DNA from: Balamuthia mandrillaris
Lineage: Eukaryota
Reading direction: 5' to 3'
DNA length: 64,000 bases
Assembly (NCBI GenBank): GCA_031835245.2
Contig: JAVKOQ020000087.1
Coordinates: 62,001-126,000, forward strand
Numbering within the stretch: position 1 is the first letter of the stretch; every line of letters begins with the position of its first letter. This document shows positions 27,394 through 39,633 of this stretch, piece after piece. The position numbers and the translations under genes are program-made. The notes beneath the pieces were generated by a model. The model had not been told where the DNA came from. It saw only the letters and a program-made list of their open reading frames with translations, and searched no databases.

Positions 27394-30300
27394 AATGAGC
27401 AGAAACAAAAGAGCCGCGAGAAGGTTAAACAATACTCACCTCTAGCATGTGTATCGTGTATATATAAAACAAAATAGTGCTTTACAGGAGAGAGCGTAAA
27501 GGCGGTGTTACGAGGAAGGGGGTTGAGCAGCGTGCCCAGCCTCATCCTCGTGGTAACCACTTTGGTCACCCTAGATCTCTCTCACAACCGGCTGACCACC
27601 GTACCTAGAGCCATTCGGCAGTTGTCATGGTTGGAACACCTCAAGCTTAACCACAATCGCATTGCCAAGGTCTTGCTCTTTCTCTTTCGCCGTTTCACTT
27701 TCTCATTCTCATGCTATCTACTTCCGCTTTCTTCGCTCTCTTACGCTTTCTCCTTGTATTTGTTTTCTATCTATAGTTGCCACTAGAGATAGGTCTTCTC
27801 CCAGCGATAAAAAAGATCGAGCTGCAACACAACGAACTGGTGCATCTCCCTGCCACGATAGCCCTCTTGGAAACGCTGGAGTTCCTCTCCGTCCACCACA
27901 ACCGACTTCGCAGCATCTCTCTCAGCCTCGTTTCTTTGCCTCGTCTCAAACATGTTAACTTTAGTCACAATCCTCATCTGCCCGTTCTACGTCAGTACTT
28001 ACACGAACATCCCATCTTAGCCGCAAAGTCTTCTCAAGTGGTGTCTTCTGCAACCTCTCCTTCTTCTTCCTCATCTGCTGTTGGTGCTGCTGCAGCTGAC
28101 TCGGATGAAGAGGCAGAGAAGGAAAGGGAGGAGGGAGGAGAGGCCGTTCCCGGAGCAAATGGCATGCAGATCCTTCAAGAGTCCAACCAGCTCAGCACTC
28201 GAGTATACAAGATACGGTTGATGTGTGTTGGACAGGCCAACGTCGGAAAGACCTCTTTGATAGACTACTTGGTGCGCAAGTCACGTTCAGATGGCTCCAC
28301 GCCACCAGCTCCTTCCTCGCTGGCAGCCCTCTACGAGTATGATGATTCTTCTTCGACATCCTCTTCTTCGAACAGCAGCAACAACAACTTCCAAACATCG
28401 AACCCAAAAAGCTTGAAGAACTTTGGAAAGAGGTATTCTGACCGAAACGCCAACCTGCGTGACTGGAGTTTGAAGCACAAAGATAAGACAAATCAAAAAG
28501 AGGCTGCCTCTCCTTCCTCCTCTCCTTCCTCCTCTTCCTCTATTCCTGCTTCTTCGTCTCCTTCTTCATCATCTTCATCCCAACAACAAACATCAACGCC
28601 TTCTCCTCTCTATCCATACTTGAACACAAACTTGGCCACAGATGGTATCTCTATAAGGGAGTGGCACTCCAGCATCACTCTTTCGCCCAACGATAAACTC
28701 TCTTCCTCCAGAAAGAAAGCCAGCCCTAGTCTCTATAACAACAACGGCAACAGCGAAGAAGTAACGGTGACCTTTTCGAGCTGGGACTTTGCAGGACAGG
28801 AGATATACTACTACACTCATCTCTTCTTCCTCTCCTCGCGCGGTATTTACCTGCTGTGCTTCAACCTGCTGAAGCCCGAGGAGGAGGTCTCTCGCATCGA
28901 GTACTGGCTGCAGTCCATCTACACCCGAGGCAGAGGCGCTCCTGTCATCCTCGTCGGCACTCACTTGGACAACAAGAAGTGCAGCAAGCGCTATTTGGAC
29001 AACCTCTACGCCACTCTCCTGCAAAAGTTTAGCGGCACCTTCAAGAACATCCGCTTCTTCTTCGCGCTCAGCTGCAGCACAGGCAAGGGCATAGAGGACC
29101 TTCGCAAAAAGGTCACCGAGCTGGCCCTCTCCATCATCGAGCAAGAGAGAGAGGTACCTCAGCCCTATATCACCCTGGAGGAGAAGCTGCGCGCCATCAG
29201 CGCCGTGAAGCCTCAGCCGGTCCTCTCCTGGCAGGAGTTCGAGGCGGTAGGGGCCACCTGCGGCATTCCTCAACCCCTGGTCACCAAGGCGGCAGAGTAC
29301 TTGCACTCCCTCGGTTCTATAGTCTACTTCAACGAGCCGGCCTCGGGGTTGAACGACCTAGTGGTGTTAGACTGTCAGTGGCTGACCAACGTCTTTGCGG
29401 ATGTCATCTCCCTGAAGCATAACTTTGTGAAGGATGGCATCTTGCTCAAGAAAGACTTGCCGCAGATATGGAAGGCTCCTCTCTATCCTCAGGAGGTGCA
29501 TTCCTCCTTGGTGGCTCTGTTGGAGAAGTTTGAGGTGGCGTATGACATTCCGCTGACGGGAGAGGAAAAGGACATCTCGGCAGCGGCTGCCTTGCAAGCT
29601 GTTGAAAAGAGTCGGGCAGGTTCAAATGGAGGGAATGTAGGAGGCGAAGTGAGTTCCTTGCTGCAGGGCAAGATACTTATTCCCTGCCTCTTACCGGAGG
29701 ACTATCCGGCTGACCTGCACAAACCGGGCATGTGGCCTAAGTTCCTCAATGAGGACAAAGACTTGTCCTTGGTAACTGCCGCTAACAATTCCTCTTCGAA
29801 CAACACAACTGCTTCCACAACGCCCATCATCCAACTGGCGAGATACTATGCTTTTGAGTTCATGCCCTTTGGCTTCTTCAACCGCATCATGGTGCGCCTG
29901 CTCCGCTCTGACTGGGTGCTGAAACGCTGCTGGAAGAACGGCATGTTCTTTGTCAAGAAACAGGACCGACTCCTCCTCGAGATGGACCCCGAAGTGCCCT
30001 ACCGCCTCCGTCTCTTCATGCGAGGCCCTGCTCCAGCCAAGCAGATGCTGGTCCTAATCGCGAGCATCGAGACGCTCGTCTCGGACTGGCTGAGGGTGAA
30101 CGTCAAGGTGCTAATTCCTTGCATCCACTGCATCCGAGAGCACAACACCAAGCCACACCTCTTCACCCTGGCGGAGCTGGAAGAGGCGGTGGCCAACGGA
30201 CAGACGGTCGTCAATTGCAGAGCGGTCGATACGGTTAGCATCTACAGCCTGGCCCCGGACGTGGCCATGAGCGAGCTGGACCGACCTACCATTCCCTACT

Positions 30301-32929
30301 CCTCTTTCAAGTTCTTGGAACGCATCGCTGGCAATGACTTTACGGAAGTGTGGAAGGCTGCTTTGGCTGGTCCTTCCCCTGGCAAACAACAGCAACAATC
30401 TCAACAGCAGTTAAACCAAAAGGCAAAGGCCGTAACGTCGTCCAAGCCAAAGGCATCAACGAATCAAGCGGAAGAGATAGTTGCTGTGAAAAAGTTTTTC
30501 AGAAAACGGCCTCCTTCAAAGAATGCTGCGCTGCCAGACGCAACCACGGTGGAGGACGATGACATGGCGGCCAACAGCAACGCACTAGCCGCCTTTCGCG
30601 ACTTTCGCTCCGAAGTGTGGTTGATGAGCGGATTGGAGCATCCCAACATCGTTCGCCTCAAGGGCTTTTGCACGACTCCCACGCTGTGCATGGCCATGGA
30701 GTACATGGAATGTGGCACCCTGCATGACTATCTGCATGACCGCAGGAACGAGCTTGACTGGAACCTACGTTTGAAGCTGGCGGCGGACATCGCACGGGGC
30801 ATGGCCTTCTTACATTCCATTACTCCGCCTATCATTCATCGAGACCTCAAGTCGCCTAACGTATTGCTCACTTGGGAGGATGTTCCTTCTTCTTTTGATG
30901 GCCAAAGAAGAGGAAGAAGGTTGATGGCAAAGATAGCAGACTTTGGATTGTCTCGCTCGTTGATGCTGACAGACAATCTGGTGGGCGGCACTGGAGACAA
31001 TCCCGTTTGGTTGGCTCCCGAGATCCTCGCCAAGAAGAAGTACAACGAGAGCGCCGATGTCTACAGCTATGGCGTCATCCTTTGGGAGATGCTCACCCGC
31101 AAGCATTATTTTGGGGAGCTTCGCTTCATGAGCGAGCTGGAGGACAAGGTGCTGGCTGGAGAGAGACCTCCAATCCCTACCACGCTCAACGTTGACGAAA
31201 GAAAGGGAGAAGGAGAAGGGAGGGGAGAGGTTTGCTTCCCAGAGTTTAGAGAGTTGGTGCAAGAGTGTTGGCACGCTCAACCGCAGCACAGACCGAGCTT
31301 TCAGGCTGTGTTGAAGCGGTTGAGTCGCATCGCGAGGAAGTATGATTTGGAGATGCCGGGTCCCAGTGGAAGGCTATTGCTGCCTTCTCCCTCCGCTCGC
31401 CTGTTCTCACACCCTTCTGCTTCTTCATTGGTGGACCTTTCATTGCCTCTGCTCCCGTTGAACGATGATGAAGTACAGCTACAAGAAAAAGCCAAAGAAA
31501 GAGAAGATATGGATGAAAGCGATGTGACGGCAACTGCAACTGCAACATTGCTAACGGAGAGCGACATGACGGATGGAACAGGAAGCGTTTCTTCGCTATC
31601 CTCGTTGGCAGGATCCGTGACCGACATTCACAAGATGCAACCAACCACAAAGATGGATGCGCTGGAGCTGAACGTTCCATCGGCCGTTCAAAGGGAGTAC
31701 ATCGAGGATCAACAGAGGATCGAGGGCTATCAGTCGCTGCGGCAGAAAAAGCTTATCGAGCAGATGCGCAGACAGATCTTGGATTTGACTCAGCAGCTTA
31801 AAGAAGCTCAGAGGGCTCGATCCAAGGCTGAACAAAACTTGGTTCGTTTCCTTCTGGCTCTGTAGCTTCTCCTTATCTTGTTTTTTTTTTTCCCTTCTTG
31901 CTTCGTTTCTGACAAACCAAACAATACCAAAAGGCCTTTCAACGTCTTGAGAACGATAGGCAGGCCACCAAGATGGAGAAGCTCATTCTTAAAGTCCAGA
32001 AACTAAAAGAAGAGCTCGATGCCAGAGAAAAGTCTGACAAGCCTGCTCCTCGTCAAATCCTCCATTCTCTCTCTCGTGGAACCAGTTCTCGCAACGCCTC
32101 TTCCTCCTCCTCTCCTTCTTCTTCACCCCCATCCACTCCTACTTCTTCATCTGCATCGACCTCCTCATCTTCTTCTCGTTCAACACGAGCCAAAGAAATC
32201 AAGTCCCGTCGGCAAAGTCTTCCTCCTGGAAGCCGTCTTACCCACTCACAACAACTGGCTGCTCTTAGCACCTCTCCGGTCAATCGAAAGAAGAACGATC
32301 GAGTCAAGTCGATGGAGAGTCTGACCCCTTCTGCAGATGATGTTGCCAGCACTCAGATAGTGGCCGCCATTCAGAAGCAACAGAAACGATTCTCCAAGAA
32401 AGACAAGGGCAAAGATAAAGACTACAGCAACAAGAAACGAGCGAGTGGACTGGTGGTCACCGTCAAAGAGGATGGCGTTCCTCCCATCACCAACTTCATT
32501 CCAGCCACGCAACAGCAACGAGAACTGCAAGAACGCAACGTCCGAGAGATACAAGCTCGTCTTCAACGCCGCAAGTTTAGCAAACGCATCCTGGATCGTC
32601 TCGCCTACTTTGAAAAGCTGCAACAAGAGGCCTTGGAAACAGGCAACAACTCTGCTCCTTCCTCCCCTCCCATTCGACCACGTAGTTCAACGTCTGCTGA
32701 GAATGCTTCTTCTTCTTCTTCGGCCGTTGGAAGAAAGGCCCTTTTCTCCTCCTCTTCTGACCTGAGTGGAAGTACCGGTGGGGTCATGGCTGGTTCCTCC
32801 TCTCCCGGCTTCAAAGGCTCCATTCAAGGCCTCCAAAACCTGGCCGTCACGCCCAGCGGCGTCAACCAGATCTTTTATGGCAAAGAGGAGCTCATCAAGC
32901 TGTTGTTGGAGCTCGATGAGTTTGACTGA
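26208..32929 (+). CDS. Roco-family protein: LRR-Roc-COR-TKL kinase plus coiled-coil tail (LRRK-like)
   Basis: RI-type and typical LRRs; Roc GQANVGKTS, WDFAGQE, VGTHLD; COR (YLHSLGSI..F, WL, IP.LLP); kinase VAVK, HRDLKSPN, DFG, APE. Confidence 0.93.
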
Positions 32930-33121
32930 GCGGTGCTGTTGTTGTTGTTTTTTTCCATAGTTTGCTTTTTTTTTGTTTTTTGTTGTTGTTTTTTTTTCCT
33001 GTTTGATATATTGCTATGTACAAGTACCCTTTCTTTGCTCTTCTATTCTCTCTCTCCTCTTGGTCGTTCTCTTCTCTCTTCTCCACTCTTCTTCTCTTGA
33101 TGCTGCTCCTCTTTGAGCGCT

Positions 33122-33742
33122 TTACATCTCAGGCGAGGATAGGGGGTGGAAGAGGGGATGACGAATGATCATTACAGGGACAGGGCTTCTCTTCAGCACC
33201 TCAGTCGCCACACTCCCTAATAGTTTTGACTTTTTTTTTTTGCTCCAGTGTTAAAACAGCACCCATTTATATATATAGCAACACACAAACATGTGATGCT
33301 TTCATTTACACAAACATACCTTTAGCCATCCTCTGCCTCTGTTGCCCATCACAACATAGTCCACTTTTCTGCCCTGCATGGCCTTGAGCAAGCGCTGGGC
33401 CACCCGCTCCTTCTTGGGGTTCTGCTCCAGCAGGTACTCCACGGAGAGGCCCCGCAGGCGCGGCTCGTTGCGGTCCACCAGCTCCTTGGCAAGGGTCAGA
33501 ATGTTCTCCGCCTGCCCGTGGAGCTCCCGGCAGTGAACCACGTAGAGGATAACCTGGTCCCCGCGGGAGGGCTCGGCCAGGTCGAAGAGGGTACGGCGGA
33601 GGGCCAGGTTGGAAGCGGGGCTGCCGTCCAGGCAGACCAGCCAGCAACGGGCCGGATGCTCAACTCCTGTTGGGTGGGCTGTGGGCGAGTCGTCATCGGG
33701 AGGGAGCTCATGGTCCGCGGGCACGGTGGGTGGTTCGCTCAT
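33122..33742 (-). CDS. Universal stress protein (Usp) domain protein (2 exons)
   Basis: LVCLDGSPAS..AL, VVMGNRGRG, LLGSVA..VL..SPVPVMII. Confidence 0.88.
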
Positions 33743-33901
33743 TTTGATGGTTGCAACCCTCTATAGCGGGCGGATGTATAGTCAGGTTGGAAGAAAGAAA
33801 ACCAGAAAGAAGGAAAGTGAAGAGATAAGAAGATGAACAAGATAGGCCCACCAGGAGTTGTGTCGCATTGTTTTCGTTCAATTTTCAGTAAATTCTCTAG
33901 G

Positions 33902-33943
33902 GTCGACACGAAAAAATTGTCGACAGTAAGTAACCACGTCGAC
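33902..33943. promoter_or_regulatory. Three GTCGACA motifs in the divergent USP/STE20 intergenic region
   Basis: Copies at 33902, 33919 and 33938; the same motif recurs in other upstream intervals. Confidence 0.5.
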
Positions 33944-34072
33944 AGTAAAGAAGCAAAAACAAATTGTCGCGTTCAACGAAAAAAGGAGGAGGAGGAGGAG
34001 GAGAAGCCTTGCAGTAACAAGAAAAGAGAAGAGGGAAGGGAGGGTGCGTGGAAGAACAAAAAAGAGAGAAAG

Positions 34073-34378
34073 ATGAAAAGACACAAAGATCCCGCAAAGC
34101 TCCGTAACGAATTGGAGAAAGCGATCGAGATCTCGAACGAAGACCCCGAGAAACTCTTTGAGCTGCACGAACGCCTTGGGCGGGGCTCCTACGGCATGGT
34201 CTACCGCGGCAGGGCCTACAAAACGGGGGAGACCGTTGCCATCAAGATCATAGCGCTGGACGACGAGGCCGCCCTGGACGACGTGCGCAAGGAGATTTCC
34301 ATTCTCTCCACCTGCAACCATGAGAACATTGTGTCCTACTATGGAAGCTACTTTGAAGAGGACAACCTTTGGGTTCGT

Positions 34379-34420
<42 letters not shown>

Positions 34421-36141
34421 CTCCTCTTTCCTTCTCGTTTGTTGTTGTTATTTTTCACTCCTTCGTTGTCGTTTCTCTCTGTTTTATTTCTCTTCTCGTT
34501 CTTCTCTTCTTTTGTTTCATCTCCCTCCTCTGCCCTCTCTCTCTTCTTTTCAATCTTTTCTGGTCTTTTCGTTCTTTCTTCTCTTTCAACTCTTCTCACA
34601 ACTAAGACCACAAAAACAAACAAAAAAAACAAAAGATCGTGATGGAATATTGTGGTGGCGGGTCGGTTAGTGACATTTGCCAAAACTTGGAGTCCGGTCT
34701 GAGTAACGACCAGATAGCATTGATCTGTCGGGAGGCGCTCAAAGGATTGGACTACCTGCACAAGCTCCACAAGATCCACAGAGATATCAAAGGAGGCAAC
34801 ATCTTGCTTACGGACAGCGGTGACGTCAAGCTGGCTGACTTTGGTGTGTCGGCCACTCTTTTCAATACGTTCTCCAAGAGGAACACTTTCGTTGGAACTC
34901 CTTATTGGTACCATTTTTCTTTCTTGTTTCTTCTTTGTTCCCCGCCATTCTATTGTAATGAGAAAAGAAAGCAGTTAATAACAAAAACTAAAACAGGATG
35001 GCTCCTGAGGTCATCAGAGAAGATAAATATGACGGAAAGGTACTATTTTCTTGTTTCTCGTTTATGTTTCTCTTCTCTCTCTCTCTCTCTCTCTCTCTCG
35101 CTCGCTCTATTTTGCATCTTCCGCGCAATCATCTTGATTAAACTTGTGTTTTTTCAAACAATTTTAAAATAGGCGGATTGTTGGTCGTTGGGAATAACGG
35201 CCATTGAAATGGCAGAAATATTGCCACCATACCACAACATACATCCCATGCGCGTCCTGTTCAATATACCAAGAAATGACCCTCCAACCTTACAGGACAA
35301 GGAGAAGTGGAGCCCTGAATTCCATTCCTTCCTTGCCGCTTGTTTGCAACGCGACCCAGCAAAAAGACCTGATGCTGCTGGTCTCCTTGAGGTTTGTTTC
35401 TCTCGCGCTTTCTCTCTCTCCTAGGTATATTTAACCAAGCGTCACAAAATAAAAGCATCCATTTGTGAAGAACTGCAAACCAAAGAGCATACTCGCTGAA
35501 CTTGTACAAATGTGCAGAGACACAGTTGAACGAAGAGGTTATACCGTCACAGAGACACACGAGGAAGAAGCAGCCTACGATGATAACAACACAGGCACCG
35601 TTGTCACCCGCGATGCCGACACTTGGATAAACAACACGGATGATACCGGCACTATGGTCTTGAAAGGTGATGATGTATTTGATGCTGGTACCACCGTTTA
35701 CAAGGGCGATACCACCACTGCCACTGACTTTGATTCAGGAACAACTGTCTTTCGTGGTGGCGATGAAGATGATGGTAGGTCTTTTTTTCTTATTGCTTCT
35801 TTTGTCACCTTTGTTTTAGTTTAGTTTTTGTTCAGCGTTTCAATTAAGACTGACTGTAACGCAACGACAAATAGATCACAGTGCATTTTCAACCTTTATT
35901 CAAGTGTATGTCTTCCTCTTTCTCCTCTTGGTAAGTGTGGTGCTTTTTTTTGACGGCTCTTTAATGTTAAATAAACAGGCCAGAACCAGAGAGCAGAGAT
36001 GCCACGTTATATAAGAAACCCTCCATTACACGCCCAACCCATCACCCCAGAAAGAAAGTGACGGATGACCCAAAGCGAAACTTTGGACTGAAGGATGAAG
36101 TTTGCATCTCTCTCTCTCTCTCATTTTTCTACTTAGTTTAA

Positions 36142-36177
<36 letters not shown>

Positions 36178-36591
36178 TCCAAAAAATCTGGCGAAAGGAT
36201 TGTACCATCCAAATACCATTCATCAGCCTCAATTACATCTCTCCGGAGTCGCTTCTCTCCAACAAAGATGCAAATGACATCAAGACCACTCTTGACGAAC
36301 TTGCTCTTGGAAGTTCTTCCAGCTTGGTACGTTCACCTTTTCTTCCTATGCTTCTCTCTCTCTCTCTCTCTCTCACTCTTGAACTGCTTTTTCTGTTTCA
36401 ACTCATTATTTTTCTCTTAAAAAATAAAGAATTCTGCTGCGTTAAGCCCAACAATCAACAACTTGTTGAAGACGCTGACTTACCACAAAACGAGAGAAAG
36501 ATTAACCCCCATGACTCCCAAAGAAATGGAGCAAAACACGTGCATCGTCGCTGATCTCACTTCTACTCTCAAAACCATTCTTCGGCTTTAA
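34073..36591 (+). CDS. STE20-family Ser/Thr kinase, dst1/plant SIK1-like
   Basis: [38 protein letters not shown]-terminal IPF...ISP..LLS and ending [11 protein letters not shown]. Confidence 0.9.
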
Positions 36592-36688
36592 AATCTCTCC
36601 TCCTTTATTTGTTCCTGCTTTTTTTTTTCTCTACGGTGTACATAAACTCTCTTCAGAGACAAAGCCCAAGAAAACGAATACCTTTTTT

Positions 36689-36927
36689 TCATTCAAGTAC
36701 AGGATAATGAACAGGAGCTTCAGAGTCGATGGTGTTGGGTTCGTCCAGCGCGTTGTGCTTCTTCAGAACATGCAACGTTTGGGAGCCATCTTGCTTGACG
36801 ATTGGCAGCGTCATGACCCCGCCGTCCTTCAACTGTGACAACCATTTCCGATTGAGAGCTTTTGTTTTAACAGCATAACCGATGTGGATTGCTGTACAAT
36901 AAAGCAAACAACGAGTAAGAGGGTAAT

Positions 36928-36962
<35 letters not shown>

Positions 36963-38025
36963 CAAGGAAAGAAGATGGGGGCGATACCGTCATAAGGAGC
37001 CTGTTCATTCAATCCGTCAGTGGGATCGGGCTCATAGTGAAACGAGACGGCCTTGCTCAACTCAGGATAATGCCTCATCATGCTGTCCTTTGCTGCCTTC
37101 AACCTCCTTTCCTCGCTATCAGTAACGAAACAGTGACCTCTCCGCCGCCAACTTTCGTTGCCAACTAGTTGAGCGACACACGCAGCTAACAACCCGGAAT
37201 GAGTGCAACCCACATCCAGCACCAACATACCTGGCTGCAGCCGACTTTCTAGCATCTGTAAAGCAATTGCATAGCTGTAGAGGCTTACCAGCGTATTATG
37301 CAGTATACCTGTTGTATGAAGAGCGAGAGCAGAGAGAAGCGAATAGGAGAAGGAAATGAGAAAACACGCGACGCAGAACAAACAAAGCTGAAGAGAGAAG
37401 TACTATCGGGAACAGGTTTTCGGTCGATGTTAAGCCATGGGTTCGCTCTCTCATCGAGGAAGTGGCGCGGGTCTGTTCCTTTTACAACTACAGCAAAAGG
37501 GAAAGAAAAATGAGGCTCATTGCTGCTATGGTTGGTGGTGTAGGTTGTGATCGTACCTTCTATTATTCGTGGTTCTTGAAGCAAAGCGTTGGCAACTAAA
37601 GTGTCGATCACTGCCCACAAACACAACAACAGTCAGTCAATTGCTCTCTCGGAGCGAAGAAGAGAGATCGCTGAGAGAGAATGGCAGTATGGGAGGTACC
37701 ATGCTCGAAAGTTATCCCCTTCTCCTCCTTCACATCGAACGGAACATGCAACCTGACTAGTTCAAGAAAACGTAAATCAGCTTGCCAACCAAAAAAAAAA
37801 AACCCAAAAACTATTCGAACCGTCGTCGTCGTTTTGTTGAGTGGTAAATGACCTCCTTGATGGATCCACGCTCCGGGAAAACCGTGTCGTAAAGCCACCA
37901 AAGAGCGCCAGTCTCTCTCTGCACAGCCCCACGCCAAGGCGATTCGGCCTCCTCCCCGCCACTGCTCTCCGCACGGCCGCCATGCCGCCAGGCCTTTGCC
38001 AGCAGCCCCAAACCGAAGCGTTCAT
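36689..38025 (-). CDS. Divergent protein-L-isoaspartate O-methyltransferase-like protein
   Basis: IDTL....L...RI....DPRHF, ALQMLESRLQPGMLVLDVG, GL.EQAPYD|AIHIG.A, QLKDGG.M.LP; Arg-rich N-terminal extension. Confidence 0.75.
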
Positions 38026-38173
38026 CTTCTTTCTCCCTTTGTGTCGACAATGAAAGGAGAACTCATGTCGTCCCAATAAGCGTTAATTTCATGTCGTCCT
38101 TTACAACCGCCCGAAGAAGTTTTTTTTTTTTTTTGCTGAACACTTGGCATCAGAGCTGGAGGAAGGAAAGGCC

Positions 38174-39595
38174 ATGCAGCAGCAGCAGCAACAACCAGAA
38201 CAGCAAAGGTCTGGCGATGAGGGCAGAGCGTTGCATGGGCTGCTGGGGTGGGGATGGGAAAGCGTGGTGGACGAGTGGCTGAGGGAGGACGTCCCTTCCT
38301 TTGACTATGGCGGCTACGTGGTGGGCGACAAGGAGGAACTGGCTGTCCTCCTGGGCAAAGGCCAAGGCGGCGTCCTTGCTGGCTGCCCCTTTTTTGATGC
38401 TGTCTTTCGTCGTGTTGGTATGACACTACCTCCTTGTTGCTGCGGTTGTTGTTCTTCTCGTATAAGTGCTTGTGCTTGTGCTTGTGCTTGTGCTTGTGCT
38501 TGCTTGTGTTGTGCTTTGCTTGTGTTGTGCTTTGTGTGTTGTGTTGTGCTGTGTTGTGGTGCTTGTGCTTGTGCTTTGCTTCACGCAATGCTTCCAATAT
38601 GTTCGTTTACCCATGTGTTTTTCATGACACAATAGGCTGTACAGTGGAATGGAAGGCCACAGAAGGAACTTCCTTCACGCCAATAGCACAGGTACACTTC
38701 TTCGTTAAGTTGTGATTGTTGTTCTTTTTGACGAGCCGATTACTATAGTTGGCGTACGTGAGAGGGCCAGCTCGTTACATATTGCAAGGAGAACGCGTGG
38801 CCCTCAACATGATCGCCAGAGCGAGTGGCATCGCCACGCTGGCACGCTCTCTGGCCACCACTGCTCAGCAGCATGGCTTTAAAGGAACTATTGCTGGTTT
38901 GTTGGACAGCTATCTTGTTTGCTCTCTCACTCACGTGTAGCTAACTGAACGAACAAAAAGGAACTCGTAAGACAACGCCTGGCTTTAGACTTGTGGAAAA
39001 ATATGCCATGTTGGTTGGCGGGTAACAACACCTCTCTCTCTCTCTCTCTCTTTCTCTCCTAAGAAAGCATATTGACGTGTTGTTTAGGGTGGACACTCAT
39101 CGGTATGACTTGTCGAGCATGGTCATGCTTAAAGACAACCACATCATCAGCGCTGGAAGCATCACTGCTGCTGTTAAGGTTCTTTTTCTTCCTTCCTCTT
39201 TCTTGTAGTTTCTCTGTATCGTTGCTGCGTCTCTGCTTTCACCTTTCTTACTCCCCTACTCCAAAAAAAAACAAAAAAAAAAAAAGAAAGCAAGAAGTGT
39301 GTGTGGGTTCTCCTTGAAGATCGAAGTGGAATGTCAAAATACAGACGAAGCAGAGGAGGCCATCCAAGCAGGAGCCGACGTGGTAATGTTGGACAACTTC
39401 TCTCCAGAACAACTGAAAGAAGGCGCAAAGCTGCTCAAGAGCAAACACAAGCACGTCCTCGTGGAAGCCTCTGGCGGCATTACTGCAGACACCATCCATC
39501 AATTCTTTTGCGAGGATGTGGACGTCATCTCGTTGGGCGCTTTGTCTCAGGGAGTTCCTCATGTTGATTATAGTTTGAAGATACAGCGAAGTTAA
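38174..39595 (+). CDS. QPRT: Quinolinate phosphoribosyltransferase (nicotinate-nucleotide pyrophosphorylase)
   Basis: [67 protein letters not shown]; 6 exons. Confidence 0.96.
38467..38580 (+). repeat. (TGCTTG)n/(TGTGT)n compound microsatellite in QPRT intron 1
   Basis: Directly visible. Confidence 0.9.
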
Positions 39596-39633
39596 TTCTG
39601 AACTTTGTAAAGAAAGAAAGAAAGACAAAGGTT

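Noticed and set aside
28593..29306. Long antisense ORFs (237 aa here; 236 aa at 52091-52801; 197 aa alternative frame at 46208-46801)
   Set aside because: Shadows of GC-rich coding sequence with no recognisable motifs.
37277..37290. Apparent 14-nt mini-intron (gtaagc...acag) in the PIMT-like gene
   Set aside because: The frame is open through it and removing it would cause a frameshift.
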